Part shown: positions 1-9,852 of the stretch, piece after piece
How the letters are laid out: each line of letters opens with the position of its first letter
How positions within the stretch are numbered: the first letter of the stretch is position 1
Source of the DNA: Polyangiaceae bacterium
Lineage (GTDB): Bacteria > Myxococcota_A > Polyangia > Polyangiales > Polyangiaceae
Reading direction: 5' to 3'
DNA: 64,000 nucleotides
Assembly (NCBI GenBank): GCA_044222475.1
Contig: JBGANF010000017.1
Coordinates: forward strand, 22,727-86,726
Position numbers and translations under genes: made by a program
Notes under the pieces: generated by a model
Told to the model about the DNA's origin: nothing
The model's input: the letters and a program-made list of their open reading frames with translations, nothing else
Databases searched by the model: none

Positions 1-1076
1 TTCAAGGTCAAAGGCTCGACGAGGACGCGAAAGGACCCGAGCTGGAACGACGCATCGAGCGCAGCGAAGAAGTCGCCGCGGAGCCCGGTCGCGGTGTTGC
101 AGTCGGGCACGAAGTAGTCGCCGCCGAGCGCGGCCGGAGAGGCGTAGCCGGAGATTCCGAAGCCGGCGCGCGCGCCGAGATCGACGGTACGACCGATGCG
201 CACCGCGCCGAAGAGGAACGGATGCGCGAGAAGCTCCACCGCGCTGTAGTCCTGCGGGAGGTTGCAGCCGGCCGCGGTGTTCGGCGTTCCGGGGCTCGCC
301 GACCATCGATCGACGGCGAACGCGAAGCGGAGCCCGGCTCCGAGGAGCGCGCGTCTCCCGGCCACGAAGGTGAAGGTGAGCCCGATCGCCGGGCTGAGGA
401 AGACGCTCGCGGGCGCGTCTCCGCGAATGCCGGCGCTGATGCCGATGGGCAGCACCTCGATCCCGAAGCGCTTCAGCGGTCGCCGAGGCGGTGGGGGCGG
501 TGGGGGCGGCGAAGACGAGCCGATCTCGGCGCCGAGCGCGATCGGCAACCCGTACTCGGCGGTGATCGTTCGATCGAAGGTACCGCCGCTCGGATCTTCG
601 AGGTGGACGGTGTGCTGCCCCGGCGCGACCGTGGTCGTGAGTGGCGTCGTCCCGACGAGCTGATCGTCGACCTTCACCGATGCTCGGCCCGGAGCCGAAG
701 CGATGCTGAGCTGCGAGGGTCTGCGCTTGATGTCCGCGAGGAGCTTCTCCGCCTCGCGCCGATCCTCCGCCGGGACATCGTCGCGCGAAAGGTAGCCTTC
801 GAGGATGCCGACGGCGGAGCGCGCGTCTCCGAGCTGGAGCTCGCACTTGGCCATGTTCCAGAGCTCGCTCGGCGGGCCGCCGTTCTCGTAGGCCTCGCGG
901 AAGTAGAGCTTCGCCTCGGAGTAGTGGCCTTCTGCGTAGGCGCGTACTCCGAGTTGATCGAAGTATCGCGCGGCCTCGAGGCGATCGCCGGCCTGCGCGC
1001 GCCCGCTCACGAGCGCGACGACCACGATCGCGAGAGCCAAGAGCGAGCGCCGCACGGCGATCAAAGTAGCGTCCAC
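1..1076 (-). CDS. TPR + PEGA domain exported protein with probable C-terminal beta-barrel region (3' end runs off window)
   Basis: Manual translation (no stop in window, so not in ORF track): signal peptide RRSLLALAIVVVALVSGRAQA, TPR-like AYAEGHYSEAKLYFREAY..ELWNMAKC, PEGA-like IASAPGRASVKVDDQLVGTTP..VAPGQHTV, Pro linker, then alternating beta-strands. Start could be 1076, 1064 or 1055. Confidence 0.75.
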   Translation of the reverse strand, partial: MDATLIAVRRSLLALAIVVVALVSGRAQAGDRLEAARYFDQLGVRAYAEGHYSEAKLYFREAYENGGPPSELWNMAKCELQLGDARSAVGILEGYLSRDDVPAEDRREAEKLLADIKRRPSQLSIASAPGRASVKVDDQLVGTTPLTTTVAPGQHTVHLEDPSGGTFDRTITAEYGLPIALGAEIGSSSPPPPPPPPRRPLKRFGIEVLPIGISAGIRGDAPASVFLSPAIGLTFTFVAGRRALLGAGLRFAFAVDRWSASPGTPNTAAGCNLPQDYSAVELLAHPFLFGAVRIGRTVDLGARAGFGISGYASPAALGGDYFVPDCNTATGLRGDFFAALDASFQLGSFRVLVEPLTL

Positions 1077-1077
1077 C

Positions 1078-2253
1078 TCAGCCGGACACGAGTACGATCT
1101 TCGTGACCTCGGGCGGCGCGCCGACTCGGGTAGGTGGACCGGCGACTCCGAACCCGCGGTTCACCCAGAGGGTCGTGCCGTCGACGTCGTAGCGGCCGGA
1201 CACGTAGCGAAACACCGCATCCGCCGGGCGCAGACCGCCACCGGGTGCGTTGACCTGGCCTCCGTGCGTGTGCCCACTCAACTGAAGCGCGACTTGCCCG
1301 GCCCACAGCTCGACGGTCTTCGGCTGGTGCGACAGCAGGATCCGCGGCAAGTCGCGCGGCACCATGCGGAGCGCGGTCGCCAAGCTCGGACCGGGTCCAC
1401 CGGCGCTGCCTCCCCACGCGTCGTCGACTCCGAGCAGCGCGAACCCTCCGCCGTCGGCGGCGCGGATCACGGTGCCTCGATTGACCATCACGCTCGCGCC
1501 GATGCCTTCGACGGCCTCCTGAATCTTGGTCGCACCGGTGTAGTAGTCGTGGTTGCCCAAGATCGTCACGATGCCGTCGCGCGCGGTGAGCGACTGCAAC
1601 GCGCGAGCCCAGATCGGGAGGAACGCGGGATCGAAGTCGATCATGTCCCCGGTGACGACGATGAGGTCGGGCTTCACTCGGCGCACGAGCTCGAGGCCTT
1701 CGTCGAGCTCGCGCTCCTGAACGAACGCACCGACGTGAATGTCGGAGATCTGGACGATGGTGTAGCCGTCGAGCACCTTCGGCAGACCGACGATCTTGGG
1801 CGCGATCTCCTCCATCTCGAAGGCGTGACGACCACGAACCGCGCCCCAGCCGAACGCGCTCCCGGTCGCGCCGAGGGCCACCGCGCCGCCCATTCGCTCG
1901 AGCGCTTGACGGCGCGAGAGCGCCTCGGGTTCCGCGGCCCCGCTGGCCTTCGCTCGACGCTCGCGGAGCCGACCCGCGAACCGAGTGAGGATGAGCAGCG
2001 GCGCTGCGACCATCACGACCAGCACCTCGATCATCGCCGCGGCGTATGGCGCGCTCGTCCACCCGCCTCGGAACCGATGCGCGACGAATCGCGCCGCCGG
2101 TGCCAACACCACGAGCACCGCCAGGAAGGCGATCAGCTTGCGCTTGTGCGGACGCACCGACGGCAACGCGTCCATCGCCCACTGGTAGACCATCGAGTGG
2201 AACAACGCCGAGAGCGCGCTGACTGCGAGGGCGAAGACGAGGACGCGGAGCAA
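1078..2253 (-). CDS. Membrane-anchored metallophosphoesterase (YkuE/YaeI-like)
   Basis: Calcineurin-like motifs SDIH, TGD, LGNHD, LSHQP, LSGHTHGGQ; N-terminal TM helices. Confidence 0.92.
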   Translation of the reverse strand: MLRVLVFALAVSALSALFHSMVYQWAMDALPSVRPHKRKLIAFLAVLVVLAPAARFVAHRFRGGWTSAPYAAAMIEVLVVMVAAPLLILTRFAGRLRERRAKASGAAEPEALSRRQALERMGGAVALGATGSAFGWGAVRGRHAFEMEEIAPKIVGLPKVLDGYTIVQISDIHVGAFVQERELDEGLELVRRVKPDLIVVTGDMIDFDPAFLPIWARALQSLTARDGIVTILGNHDYYTGATKIQEAVEGIGASVMVNRGTVIRAADGGGFALLGVDDAWGGSAGGPGPSLATALRMVPRDLPRILLSHQPKTVELWAGQVALQLSGHTHGGQVNAPGGGLRPADAVFRYVSGRYDVDGTTLWVNRGFGVAGPPTRVGAPPEVTKIVLVSG

Positions 2254-2262
2254 AGGAGCTGG

Positions 2263-3390
2263 TCAGTTTCCTTCGACGGCGCCGATGTCGGCGCTCGATC
2301 CGCGCGGCACGGCCCAGTAGTCCTTCGCAGGAGCCTTCGCGACGTCGGCTGCGCCGCGCGCCGGGGAGCCTTGCTTGAGCTCGGGCGGTGTTCCGGTATC
2401 GAGCAGCGGGTCGGCTTTGACGTACCCCGCGCCATCGACCGCGGTACCGGCGTAGTTGGCGGCGTTGCCGAACAGGAGGTTGTTGGAGTGCGTGACCGTG
2501 TGACCGCCGGTGAGCGTGATCCCGGCGATGGTCAGCCCGCTGAAGATCGAGTTCAGGTACGTCAGCGTGATCGTGCCCGTGGAGGCGGAGTAGAGTCCCC
2601 GCCCCGACGCCGTGAACGTGTCGTTCAGGAAGATCGCGGTCAGGTTCGAGTTCGTGACCGCGTTGACGAACGCGCCGTTCGTCGCGCCGTGGAACCAGGT
2701 GTTCTGCGCGGTCACCGTCAGTGGTTGCGACGTCGTGGTGCGGTAGACGTACAGGCCGTAGCTCTGCGCGGTCGCGCCGAGGTCGCAGCCATCGATCAGG
2801 ACTGCGCCTACTTGAGCGGTCGAGGCTTGGAACGTGTCGGCGTGAATTCCGATCGCATCGACGGGCGACGGGCCGTTGATGGTCACCGTTCCGACGCCGA
2901 AGGCTTTCAACGTGACCTTGCTGTACGAGCCGGTGACCGAGAGGGAGTTGATCTTCGTGCCCGACGTGCCGATGATCGTGAGCAGCTTGTTCGGGCTCGC
3001 CGCCGCCGTCACGGCCTCGGAGTACGTTTGCCCGGAGAGGCAGATCGTCGCGTCCATCTGCGCGGTGGCGAGCGCGGTCACCGCGCCTTGGATCGTCGCG
3101 TAGTCGCCGGGGACCTTCGAGCCGGTGCAAGCCGTCACGCAAGCATTGTTCTGGCACTGCTGATCGGCGCGGCAGAAGATCGAGCCGCAGAGGATCTTCG
3201 TCTGTGGAGGCGCGACGACGTCGCCCCCACCGTCGGTCGGCGCGCCGTCGGTGACGCCACCGTCCTTCGAGCCGTCCGGCTTGCCGCTTCCGTCCGTCGG
3301 GATGTCGGCGTCGCTGACGAACGACGTCGTCGGTGCTGCGCAAGCACCGAGGAGCGTCAAAGCAGCCAAGCCAGCGACGAAGCGAGTCAT
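2263..3390 (-). CDS. Lipoprotein with probable pectin-lyase-like beta-helix and choice-of-anchor-Q-like C-terminus
   Basis: Lipobox LLGAC; DGG linker; VPGDYATIQGAV motif; C-terminal GSPARGAA..DYWAVPR..ADIGAVE. ATG at 3390 chosen over 3420. Confidence 0.7.
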   Translation of the reverse strand: MTRFVAGLAALTLLGACAAPTTSFVSDADIPTDGSGKPDGSKDGGVTDGAPTDGGGDVVAPPQTKILCGSIFCRADQQCQNNACVTACTGSKVPGDYATIQGAVTALATAQMDATICLSGQTYSEAVTAAASPNKLLTIIGTSGTKINSLSVTGSYSKVTLKAFGVGTVTINGPSPVDAIGIHADTFQASTAQVGAVLIDGCDLGATAQSYGLYVYRTTTSQPLTVTAQNTWFHGATNGAFVNAVTNSNLTAIFLNDTFTASGRGLYSASTGTITLTYLNSIFSGLTIAGITLTGGHTVTHSNNLLFGNAANYAGTAVDGAGYVKADPLLDTGTPPELKQGSPARGAADVAKAPAKDYWAVPRGSSADIGAVEGN

Positions 3391-3416
3391 GAAGCGACCT
3401 CTGACGATAGCACGCC

Positions 3417-4295
3417 TCAACGGGGTCGAACCGCGGACACCACCCGCTCGATCTTGGCGTAGTCGCGTGTGCGCTGGATGTCGCCAAAGCCGGTTTCTGC
3501 CAGCAATTTCGAGACCGCGTCCGCCTGGTCTGCCCCCACCTCGACCGCGATGAGGCCCCCCGGACCGAGCCGGCCGAAGGAACCTTCCGCGATGCGGCGG
3601 TAGAACTCGAGCCCGTCGTCTCCGCCGTCGAGCGCCATGCGCGGCTCGAAGTCGACGATGTCGGGCGTGAGCGCGGGCACGTCGGCGGTGGCGATGTAGG
3701 GCGGGTTCGCGGTGATCACATCGAACCGGTCTTCGATGCCGGCGTAGAGGTCACCGACGTGAAACGCGACGTTGTAGGCGCCCAAGCGGAGCGCGTTCTC
3801 GCGTGCGAGCGCGATCGCCCCCTCGGACAGGTCCGTCGCGACGACGTGGGTCGTCGGTCGCTCGCGCGCGAGGGTGATCGCGACGCAGCCGCTACCCGTG
3901 CAGAGGTCGAGCACTCGCGCCGAGAGGGAGAGATGCGCGCTGCGGGCGAGAGCGACCTCGACCAACGTCTCCGTGTCGGGCCGTGGGACGAGGACGCGGG
4001 CATCGACGCGGAAGCTCCGGCCGTAGAACTCGCGTGTCCCACAAAGGTACGCGACGGGCTCGCGCTTGCGCCGGCGCTTCACGAGCTCGCGAAAGCGCGC
4101 GAGCTCGTCCGGGTCGAGCTCGCGCATCAGCTCGATGACGAGCTTCGTCCGCGAAGCGCCGAGGGCGTGAGCGAGCAACACCTCCGCGTCGAGCCTGGGG
4201 TTCTCGATCCCCTTCGCGCGGAAATCCTCGGTCGCCCAGCGGAGCACGCTGGCGATCGTCCACGGTTCGGTCCGGGTGTCGCCGCTCGCCGTCAT
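3417..4295 (-). CDS. prmC: Release factor glutamine N5-methyltransferase
   Basis: RLDAEVLLAH, EPVAY, VLVPRPDTE, LDLCTGSGC, NPPY, ALDGGDDGL. Confidence 0.95.
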   Translation of the reverse strand: MTASGDTRTEPWTIASVLRWATEDFRAKGIENPRLDAEVLLAHALGASRTKLVIELMRELDPDELARFRELVKRRRKREPVAYLCGTREFYGRSFRVDARVLVPRPDTETLVEVALARSAHLSLSARVLDLCTGSGCVAITLARERPTTHVVATDLSEGAIALARENALRLGAYNVAFHVGDLYAGIEDRFDVITANPPYIATADVPALTPDIVDFEPRMALDGGDDGLEFYRRIAEGSFGRLGPGGLIAVEVGADQADAVSKLLAETGFGDIQRTRDYAKIERVVSAVRPR

Positions 4296-5683
4296 GGCCG
4301 GAGCTTGCCGAGCTCCTCGCGCACCGCGGCTTCGACCGCGCGTCGGTTCTCGGCGAGGGCGGCCTCGGTCCCGGCCTCGAAGCGGAGGACGAGCACCGGG
4401 CCGGTGTTCGATGCACGGACGAGGCCCCACGCCGGCGCGCCGTCGGTGGCAGGGAACGTGATCCGCGCGCCGTCGATCTCGACGACCGGGTGGCCCTGGC
4501 TCTTGAATCGCGCGGTGATCGCGGCAACGAGCGGGAACTTCACGTCATCGGGGCAGTCGACGCGCAGCTCGGGGGTGGTGAACGTCTTGGGGACGTCGGC
4601 CAGCATCTCGCGAATTGGGCGACCGTCCTTCGCGAGCAGCTCGATGAGGCGCAGCGACGCGTAGATGGCGTCGTCGAAACCGAACCAGCGATCGGCGAAG
4701 AACAGGTGTCCGCTCATCTCGCCGGCGAGGAGGGCCTTCTCCTCCTTCATCTTCGTCTTGATGAGCGAGTGCCCGGTCTTCCACATGATCGGTCGCCCGC
4801 CGTGGCGGATGATGTCGTCGTAGAGGGTCTGCGAACACTTGACCTCGCCGAGGATCGTCGCGCCCGGCTTCTCGGCGAGGAGCGCGCGGGAGAAGAGGAT
4901 CATCAATCGATCGCCCCAGATGATGTCGCCCGTCTCGTCGACCGCGCCCAGGCGGTCGGCGTCGCCGTCGTAGGCGATGCCGACTCGAGCGCCGCTCTTC
5001 TTCACGCGATCGACGAGGACGTCGACGTTCTTCGCGACGGTCGGATCGGGGTGGTGGTTCGGGAAGCGCCCATCCATGTCGCAGAAGAGCGCTTCGGGCG
5101 TGATGCCGATGCGCTCGAAGGCGCGAAGCGCGAGCGGTCCGCCCGCGCCGTTGCCCGCATCGACGACCACCTTCATCGGCTTCGTCGGTGCGGCGATGTT
5201 GGACGTGAGCGCATCGACGTAGGCGTCGGCGACGCTCACCGTCTCGATCGACCCTCCGCCGACGGCCTTCGCTTTGCCCGATTGGACGAGGGCGAGCAGA
5301 TCTTGGATGTCCTTGCCGAAGAAGCTCGCCTTCCCCCGCATCGTCTTGAAGCCGTTGTCTTCGGCGGGGTTGTGGCTTCCGGTGATCATGATGCCGCCGT
5401 CGGTGTCGAGGTGGTGGACGGCGAAGTAGAGCTGCGGGGTGGGCCCGACGCCGATGTCGACCACGTTCACGCCGGCCTCGACGAGGCCGCGGGTGAGCGC
5501 AGAGAACAACCGCTCGCTCGACAACCGGCAGTCGCGACCGAGAGCGATGCGCGTGCGATCACCGGCGGCGAGCGTGTGCCCGATCGCGCGTCCGAGCGCG
5601 GTGACGAAGTCGGTCTGCAGATCGCGGTCTGCGACGCCGCGGATGTCGTACTCGCGGAAGACGTGGGACGGAATCGTGAGCAT
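4292..5683 (-). CDS. Phosphomannomutase/phosphoglucomutase
   Basis: FREYDIRG, ITGSHNP phosphoserine motif, DGDADR metal loop, GEMSGH; ATGA overlap with prmC. Confidence 0.95.
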   Translation of the reverse strand: MLTIPSHVFREYDIRGVADRDLQTDFVTALGRAIGHTLAAGDRTRIALGRDCRLSSERLFSALTRGLVEAGVNVVDIGVGPTPQLYFAVHHLDTDGGIMITGSHNPAEDNGFKTMRGKASFFGKDIQDLLALVQSGKAKAVGGGSIETVSVADAYVDALTSNIAAPTKPMKVVVDAGNGAGGPLALRAFERIGITPEALFCDMDGRFPNHHPDPTVAKNVDVLVDRVKKSGARVGIAYDGDADRLGAVDETGDIIWGDRLMILFSRALLAEKPGATILGEVKCSQTLYDDIIRHGGRPIMWKTGHSLIKTKMKEEKALLAGEMSGHLFFADRWFGFDDAIYASLRLIELLAKDGRPIREMLADVPKTFTTPELRVDCPDDVKFPLVAAITARFKSQGHPVVEIDGARITFPATDGAPAWGLVRASNTGPVLVLRFEAGTEAALAENRRAVEAAVREELGKLRP

Positions 5684-6540
5684 CAGGGTTTCAGGCAGCG
5701 CGCGTAGCGGATCTTCTTCATCGTAGCCTTGGTGGTGCCGAAGCCTTCGTGGCCGACGCCACAGGACAGCCCAATCTTGGACGCGGCGACGGGGCTCAGG
5801 TTGATCGATCCGCTCCCCGCGGCCGATGTGAGGGAGACGGACGCCTTCGTCGTCGCGCGACGGTCGAGGCGGATGACGATGTCCATCGGGACGCCGAGCG
5901 TCGAAGGGTATCCGGTGAGCGCGGCCGTCGATCCGCCGGCGCGGTTTCCGTTGGCGAAGGTGAACGCGGAGCCGGTCGACCCGTTGGTTGCGATCTCGGT
6001 GCGCGAGATGAACGTGAAACCACCGTCTGGCGCCGTGTCCGTCAGATCGAGGAGACAGCCGACGGACTGCCATCCGCCGTCGGGGGTGGTCACCGCGTCG
6101 ACGGTGAGCTCGAACGTGGTGATGGCCTCGACGACGTTGGTGAGCTTCGCCGAGAACGCTTCGTGGCCCCGATAGGAGAACGCGATGCCGAAGGGGGGAG
6201 GCGCGGAGACGGTGACGGCAGCCTTGAAGACGCCGCCGGAGTAGCTGAGCCCGTTGGCGACGGCCTGATCGCAGCTCGGGCTCGTGACCCAGCAGAGGTC
6301 GACGTTCGACGAGGCGTTCATCGGGTCCTCGAAGGTCTCGAGGGTCTCGCCGGCTTGGCACGTGAGGAGCGGGGGCGCCGCGTCGGCGTTCGCGTCCGGC
6401 TTGACGTCCACGTCACCGCCGGAATCGGCCGGTCCGGCATCGGGCGTCGGCGTGACGGGGGTGTCACCCACGCATGCGAGGAGCGCGAACGCCCCCGCGA
6501 GTGACGCGACCGCAGCCAACGCGAGGAGCCGGCGATTCAT
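5683..6540 (-). CDS. Hypothetical lipoprotein
   Basis: MNRRLLALAAVASLAGAFALLAC lipobox; DAG linker; beta-rich body; stop overlaps start of the downstream gene. Confidence 0.7.
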   Translation of the reverse strand: MNRRLLALAAVASLAGAFALLACVGDTPVTPTPDAGPADSGGDVDVKPDANADAAPPLLTCQAGETLETFEDPMNASSNVDLCWVTSPSCDQAVANGLSYSGGVFKAAVTVSAPPPFGIAFSYRGHEAFSAKLTNVVEAITTFELTVDAVTTPDGGWQSVGCLLDLTDTAPDGGFTFISRTEIATNGSTGSAFTFANGNRAGGSTAALTGYPSTLGVPMDIVIRLDRRATTKASVSLTSAAGSGSINLSPVAASKIGLSCGVGHEGFGTTKATMKKIRYARCLKP

Positions 6541-6564
6541 GGACGACAACATGCCACGAAAGCG

Positions 6565-8094
6565 TCAGCCCGTGTAGCTGTCGTCCTGCTCGATGCGCGA
6601 GAGCACCCAGTCGAACTCGCCGGCGGTGACCTTCGCTTTGCAGTACTCGCACGCGCCGGCCATCGTGATCTTCATCGGCGCGCCGCAGCTCGGGCAGTTC
6701 GGCGTCGTCGTCGTCTTCTGACCGCGCCGTCCGACGCCTCGAATGATCGTCCAGTACTCGGTGTACGGCCGCTCCTTCGACTTGCTCCCGCTGAGCAGGC
6801 GCCCATCGTCGGAGATGGTGTAGTCGAGGCCGGTCGCGAAGATGCGGACGGTGATCGCGTCGTAGTACTTGTCGGTGAGGACGTTCGCGAGCTCGACGTG
6901 GAGGATGCGCGCGTTCTCGGTGACGTTGCGCGCGCGTTGCTGGACGTAGAGGTCCATGAAGTACTGCTGCGACTGGAAGAGGTTGTCGGTGACGTAGGGA
7001 CGCGCGCGCGGCCAGTCGCGGTGTGACCAAGCGACTTGGAGCTCGGCGTGGACCAGCCGAACGCGCGAGACGAGGGCGTTCCAGTCGAGCGAAGGATCGC
7101 CGCGTTGGAGCTCGGCCCATCGCTGGCGCGAGTGGGGATCGACCACGGTGGGTAGGTTGTTTCCCTGCTCCTCCACGCTCGACGTGAGGGCCGGTGGTCG
7201 CATCTCGTTCTTGATGCGTTGCGCGTCGACGACGGTCCAATCGAACTTCCCCCAGCCCACGTGCTGCTTGCAGTACGTGCACGTGTCGCCCTGGAGCGAT
7301 TGGAGCGGGGCTCCGCAGTTCGGGCAGTCGAGCGTGTGCGAGCGCGCGGGCGGGCGCGACTTGGCGGTGTTGAGGCGCTGAATCGTCCACCGATCGACGA
7401 CGTAGAAGCGGTGGGTCTGGCCCTGGCGCACTTCGTTCAGGTTGGCTTCGAAGTCGACCACGACGGCGGTGTGGGTCTGCGTCGGGGTGAACGAGATGAA
7501 CCGAGTCGCACCGATGACGACGCCGCTGGCCGCTTGGACGTCGCCGGCGATCTTCGGCTGCGCGGCCGGCGCGATGTAGGCGGCGAGCGTCGCGAGGTTG
7601 GGTCGCGCGTTCTGCGCGTGCGCGTAGAGCGTGTAGAGGAAGTCTTCGAAGAGCACCGTCGAGTAGTCGGGATCGACCCGCCGGATCATGTCGAGCCGGG
7701 AGCGCGGCACGCCGTGGGTCGCGGCGACCGGCTGGGGACCGCGCTGCGGCTGTGGGGTCCAGGCGCGGCCGCGCGCCGGTGCGCCGACGCTCCAGTTGGT
7801 CTGCTTGTTCTTCGCCGCGGCCTTCACGATCATCACGATGACGAAGATGATGAGGAGCGGGATCCCGAGCTGGGGATACTCGATGCACAGGATGATCAGC
7901 GAGATGATGGCGCCGCCATCGTCGCTGTCACCGCTCGATCCGCCGCTCGATCCGCCGCTCGATCCGCCGCTCGACCCCGAGTAGCTCTCCCCACCGCCAG
8001 GCCGCGCGGCCCAGGCGAGGGCGGGCAGCAGCAGGATCGCGAGCGGCGCGAACGGGAGGAGTCGCAGGAGGAGCGAACGAAATCGTTGCATCAT
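6565..8094 (-). CDS. Tim44-like domain protein with two zinc ribbons
   Basis: Signal peptide, Gly/Ser-rich segment, TM pair, then two repeats each ending W..R..K..CPxCGAP..CxYC..GxFDW; YTEYWTIIR is Tim44-like. Confidence 0.8.
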   Translation of the reverse strand: MMQRFRSLLLRLLPFAPLAILLLPALAWAARPGGGESYSGSSGGSSGGSSGGSSGDSDDGGAIISLIILCIEYPQLGIPLLIIFVIVMIVKAAAKNKQTNWSVGAPARGRAWTPQPQRGPQPVAATHGVPRSRLDMIRRVDPDYSTVLFEDFLYTLYAHAQNARPNLATLAAYIAPAAQPKIAGDVQAASGVVIGATRFISFTPTQTHTAVVVDFEANLNEVRQGQTHRFYVVDRWTIQRLNTAKSRPPARSHTLDCPNCGAPLQSLQGDTCTYCKQHVGWGKFDWTVVDAQRIKNEMRPPALTSSVEEQGNNLPTVVDPHSRQRWAELQRGDPSLDWNALVSRVRLVHAELQVAWSHRDWPRARPYVTDNLFQSQQYFMDLYVQQRARNVTENARILHVELANVLTDKYYDAITVRIFATGLDYTISDDGRLLSGSKSKERPYTEYWTIIRGVGRRGQKTTTTPNCPSCGAPMKITMAGACEYCKAKVTAGEFDWVLSRIEQDDSYTG

Positions 8095-8705
8095 GCAACT
8101 TCGTCCGGGAGCTCGTTGACGTCGTCCGCGCTGCGCGGGAGTGCGGGCTCCAGCGCGGGGCCGAAGGATTCGACCGCCTTGATGAACGCTTCGAAGTCGC
8201 CAGCGCGAACCGACCCGTCGATCGCGCGCTCGACGGCGGTGAACTCGGCGATGGCCGCGGGGTCGACGCCGACGTCGGGGACGACCACGGCCGTGCGCTC
8301 GAACATGGACACGAAGACGAGCACGCCGGTGCGCCCGGTCGTCTTCGAGATCCCCAGGTCGACGAACGCGGCCTTGGCGGCGAGCTCGGCGTTCGCCCGG
8401 CAACGTTTGCCGGCCAGCAGTCGACGGAGCAGCGAGACGTTCCCGCAGACCACCGCGGCGATGCCGAACGCGAGCACGACGTTGATCGAGATCATCGCGG
8501 GCGCGAAAGCCTTCGGCGAAAACCACAGGAACGCGAGCATCAGCAGGGCGGCGACCGCGCCGAACGTGAGGTCGACCGCGCGGTACTCGCCCGAGGTCCT
8601 TCGGACCGCGATCACGATCTCGGCGGCGGTGCGCGCTTCGACCGCTTTGACCGCCTCGGCGGCGCGCTTCTTTGCCGCGTCTTGGAAGAAGGTGGCCGCC
8701 GCCAT
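8091..8705 (-). CDS. TPM-domain (DUF477-like) membrane protein
   Basis: AVKAVEARTAAEIV, two TMs, TTGRTGVLVFVSMFER..VVPDVG, C-terminal DDVNELPD. Confidence 0.85.
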   Translation of the reverse strand: MAAATFFQDAAKKRAAEAVKAVEARTAAEIVIAVRRTSGEYRAVDLTFGAVAALLMLAFLWFSPKAFAPAMISINVVLAFGIAAVVCGNVSLLRRLLAGKRCRANAELAAKAAFVDLGISKTTGRTGVLVFVSMFERTAVVVPDVGVDPAAIAEFTAVERAIDGSVRAGDFEAFIKAVESFGPALEPALPRSADDVNELPDEVA

Positions 8706-8765
8706 CGCGAGTCGCGAGCATACACTCCTTTCCTTCGGCGCACGCCGCCGGCTATATGTTTCGCC

Positions 8766-9404
8766 GTGGATCCCGCCGTCCAAGAGTCCGCTCCCGCAGC
8801 CGAGGTGGCTCCGCCGCCGGCTCCGGTCGCGACCGGTACGCGGCCGCCGCCCGCAGCGACGGATCTCTACCCGCGCGACGCCGAAGAGCGGCGTCTCTGC
8901 GAGAAGGCGTCCACGCCCGATTGGCTCTACATGGCGATCCCACCGGTGCTCGTCGCCGGCGCGATCGTCCTCGACTCCCAAGGGCTGAAGTACCAAGAGA
9001 ACGCGTTTCTGCGCACCCTCGGGCCGGCGAGCGTCGGTTTGACCTGGGGCTTCATGGTCGGCGGCACGTACCTCGCGCTCCCGAAGTGCAGCCCGACGTA
9101 CGTCTCGACGATCCCCGTCGAAGGGGACGTCCGCGCGAGCTGGCCGATGGCGTTCGCGCTCGCGATGTTCGCCGGGGCGACGGCGCCGGTCATCGTCGGG
9201 ATCGAGACCGGGCCGCTGCCGCTCAGCTGGACCACGGTCGAGCGCTCGATGCGCCTCGTCACCGCGGGCGTGGTCGCGTTCGGGAGCGCGCTCCTGCCGT
9301 ACCTGCTCCCGCCGAAGACGTGGCGCGCGATGAAGCAGCTCCAAGACATCCGCGCCGGCGCGACGAAAGACGGCTTCTTCGTGAGCGTCGGGCTCACGTT
9401 CTGA
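8766..9404 (+). CDS. Hypothetical multi-pass membrane protein
   Basis: GC-rich codon usage, several hydrophobic segments, C-terminal VGLTF; start uncertain (GTG 8766). Confidence 0.65.
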   Translation: MDPAVQESAPAAEVAPPPAPVATGTRPPPAATDLYPRDAEERRLCEKASTPDWLYMAIPPVLVAGAIVLDSQGLKYQENAFLRTLGPASVGLTWGFMVGGTYLALPKCSPTYVSTIPVEGDVRASWPMAFALAMFAGATAPVIVGIETGPLPLSWTTVERSMRLVTAGVVAFGSALLPYLLPPKTWRAMKQLQDIRAGATKDGFFVSVGLTF

Positions 9405-9411
9405 GCAGCGC

Positions 9412-9852
9412 GTGAAGACGTCGGCCGGGCTCGTCGTGTGGACGCATGCGCCGGACGGCGAGCTGCTCGTTCTCCTCGTCCATCCATCGGGCGCGTACAA
9501 CCGAAAGGCGCCGTGGAGCATCCCGAAGGGGGAGCTCGACGCCGGCGAAGCAGCCGAAGACTGCGCGCGCCGCGAGACGCGCGAAGAGACCGGAGTCGAC
9601 GTCACCGGACCGGTCGTCGCGCTGGAACATGTAGACTACAAGAAAAGCAAGAAGCGCATCTTCGCGTTCGCCGCCCCGCTCCCTTCGGGTGCGACCCCGC
9701 GATGCGCTTCGTGGGAGATCGACGGCGCCGAGATGGTCCCGCTCGCCGAAGCGCGGCGGAGGATTCACCCCGATCAGGCGCCGTTGCTCGACCGAGCGTC
9801 TTCCGTGGCGTCTTCGGCGGCTAGCTTGATCGGTCCCTGTTTGTCGGGATAG
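9412..9852 (+). CDS. NUDIX hydrolase
   Basis: SAGLVV..LLVHPSG..WSIPKGELDAGEAAEDCARRETREETG Nudix box. Confidence 0.9.
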   Translation: MKTSAGLVVWTHAPDGELLVLLVHPSGAYNRKAPWSIPKGELDAGEAAEDCARRETREETGVDVTGPVVALEHVDYKKSKKRIFAFAAPLPSGATPRCASWEIDGAEMVPLAEARRRIHPDQAPLLDRASSVASSAASLIGPCLSG

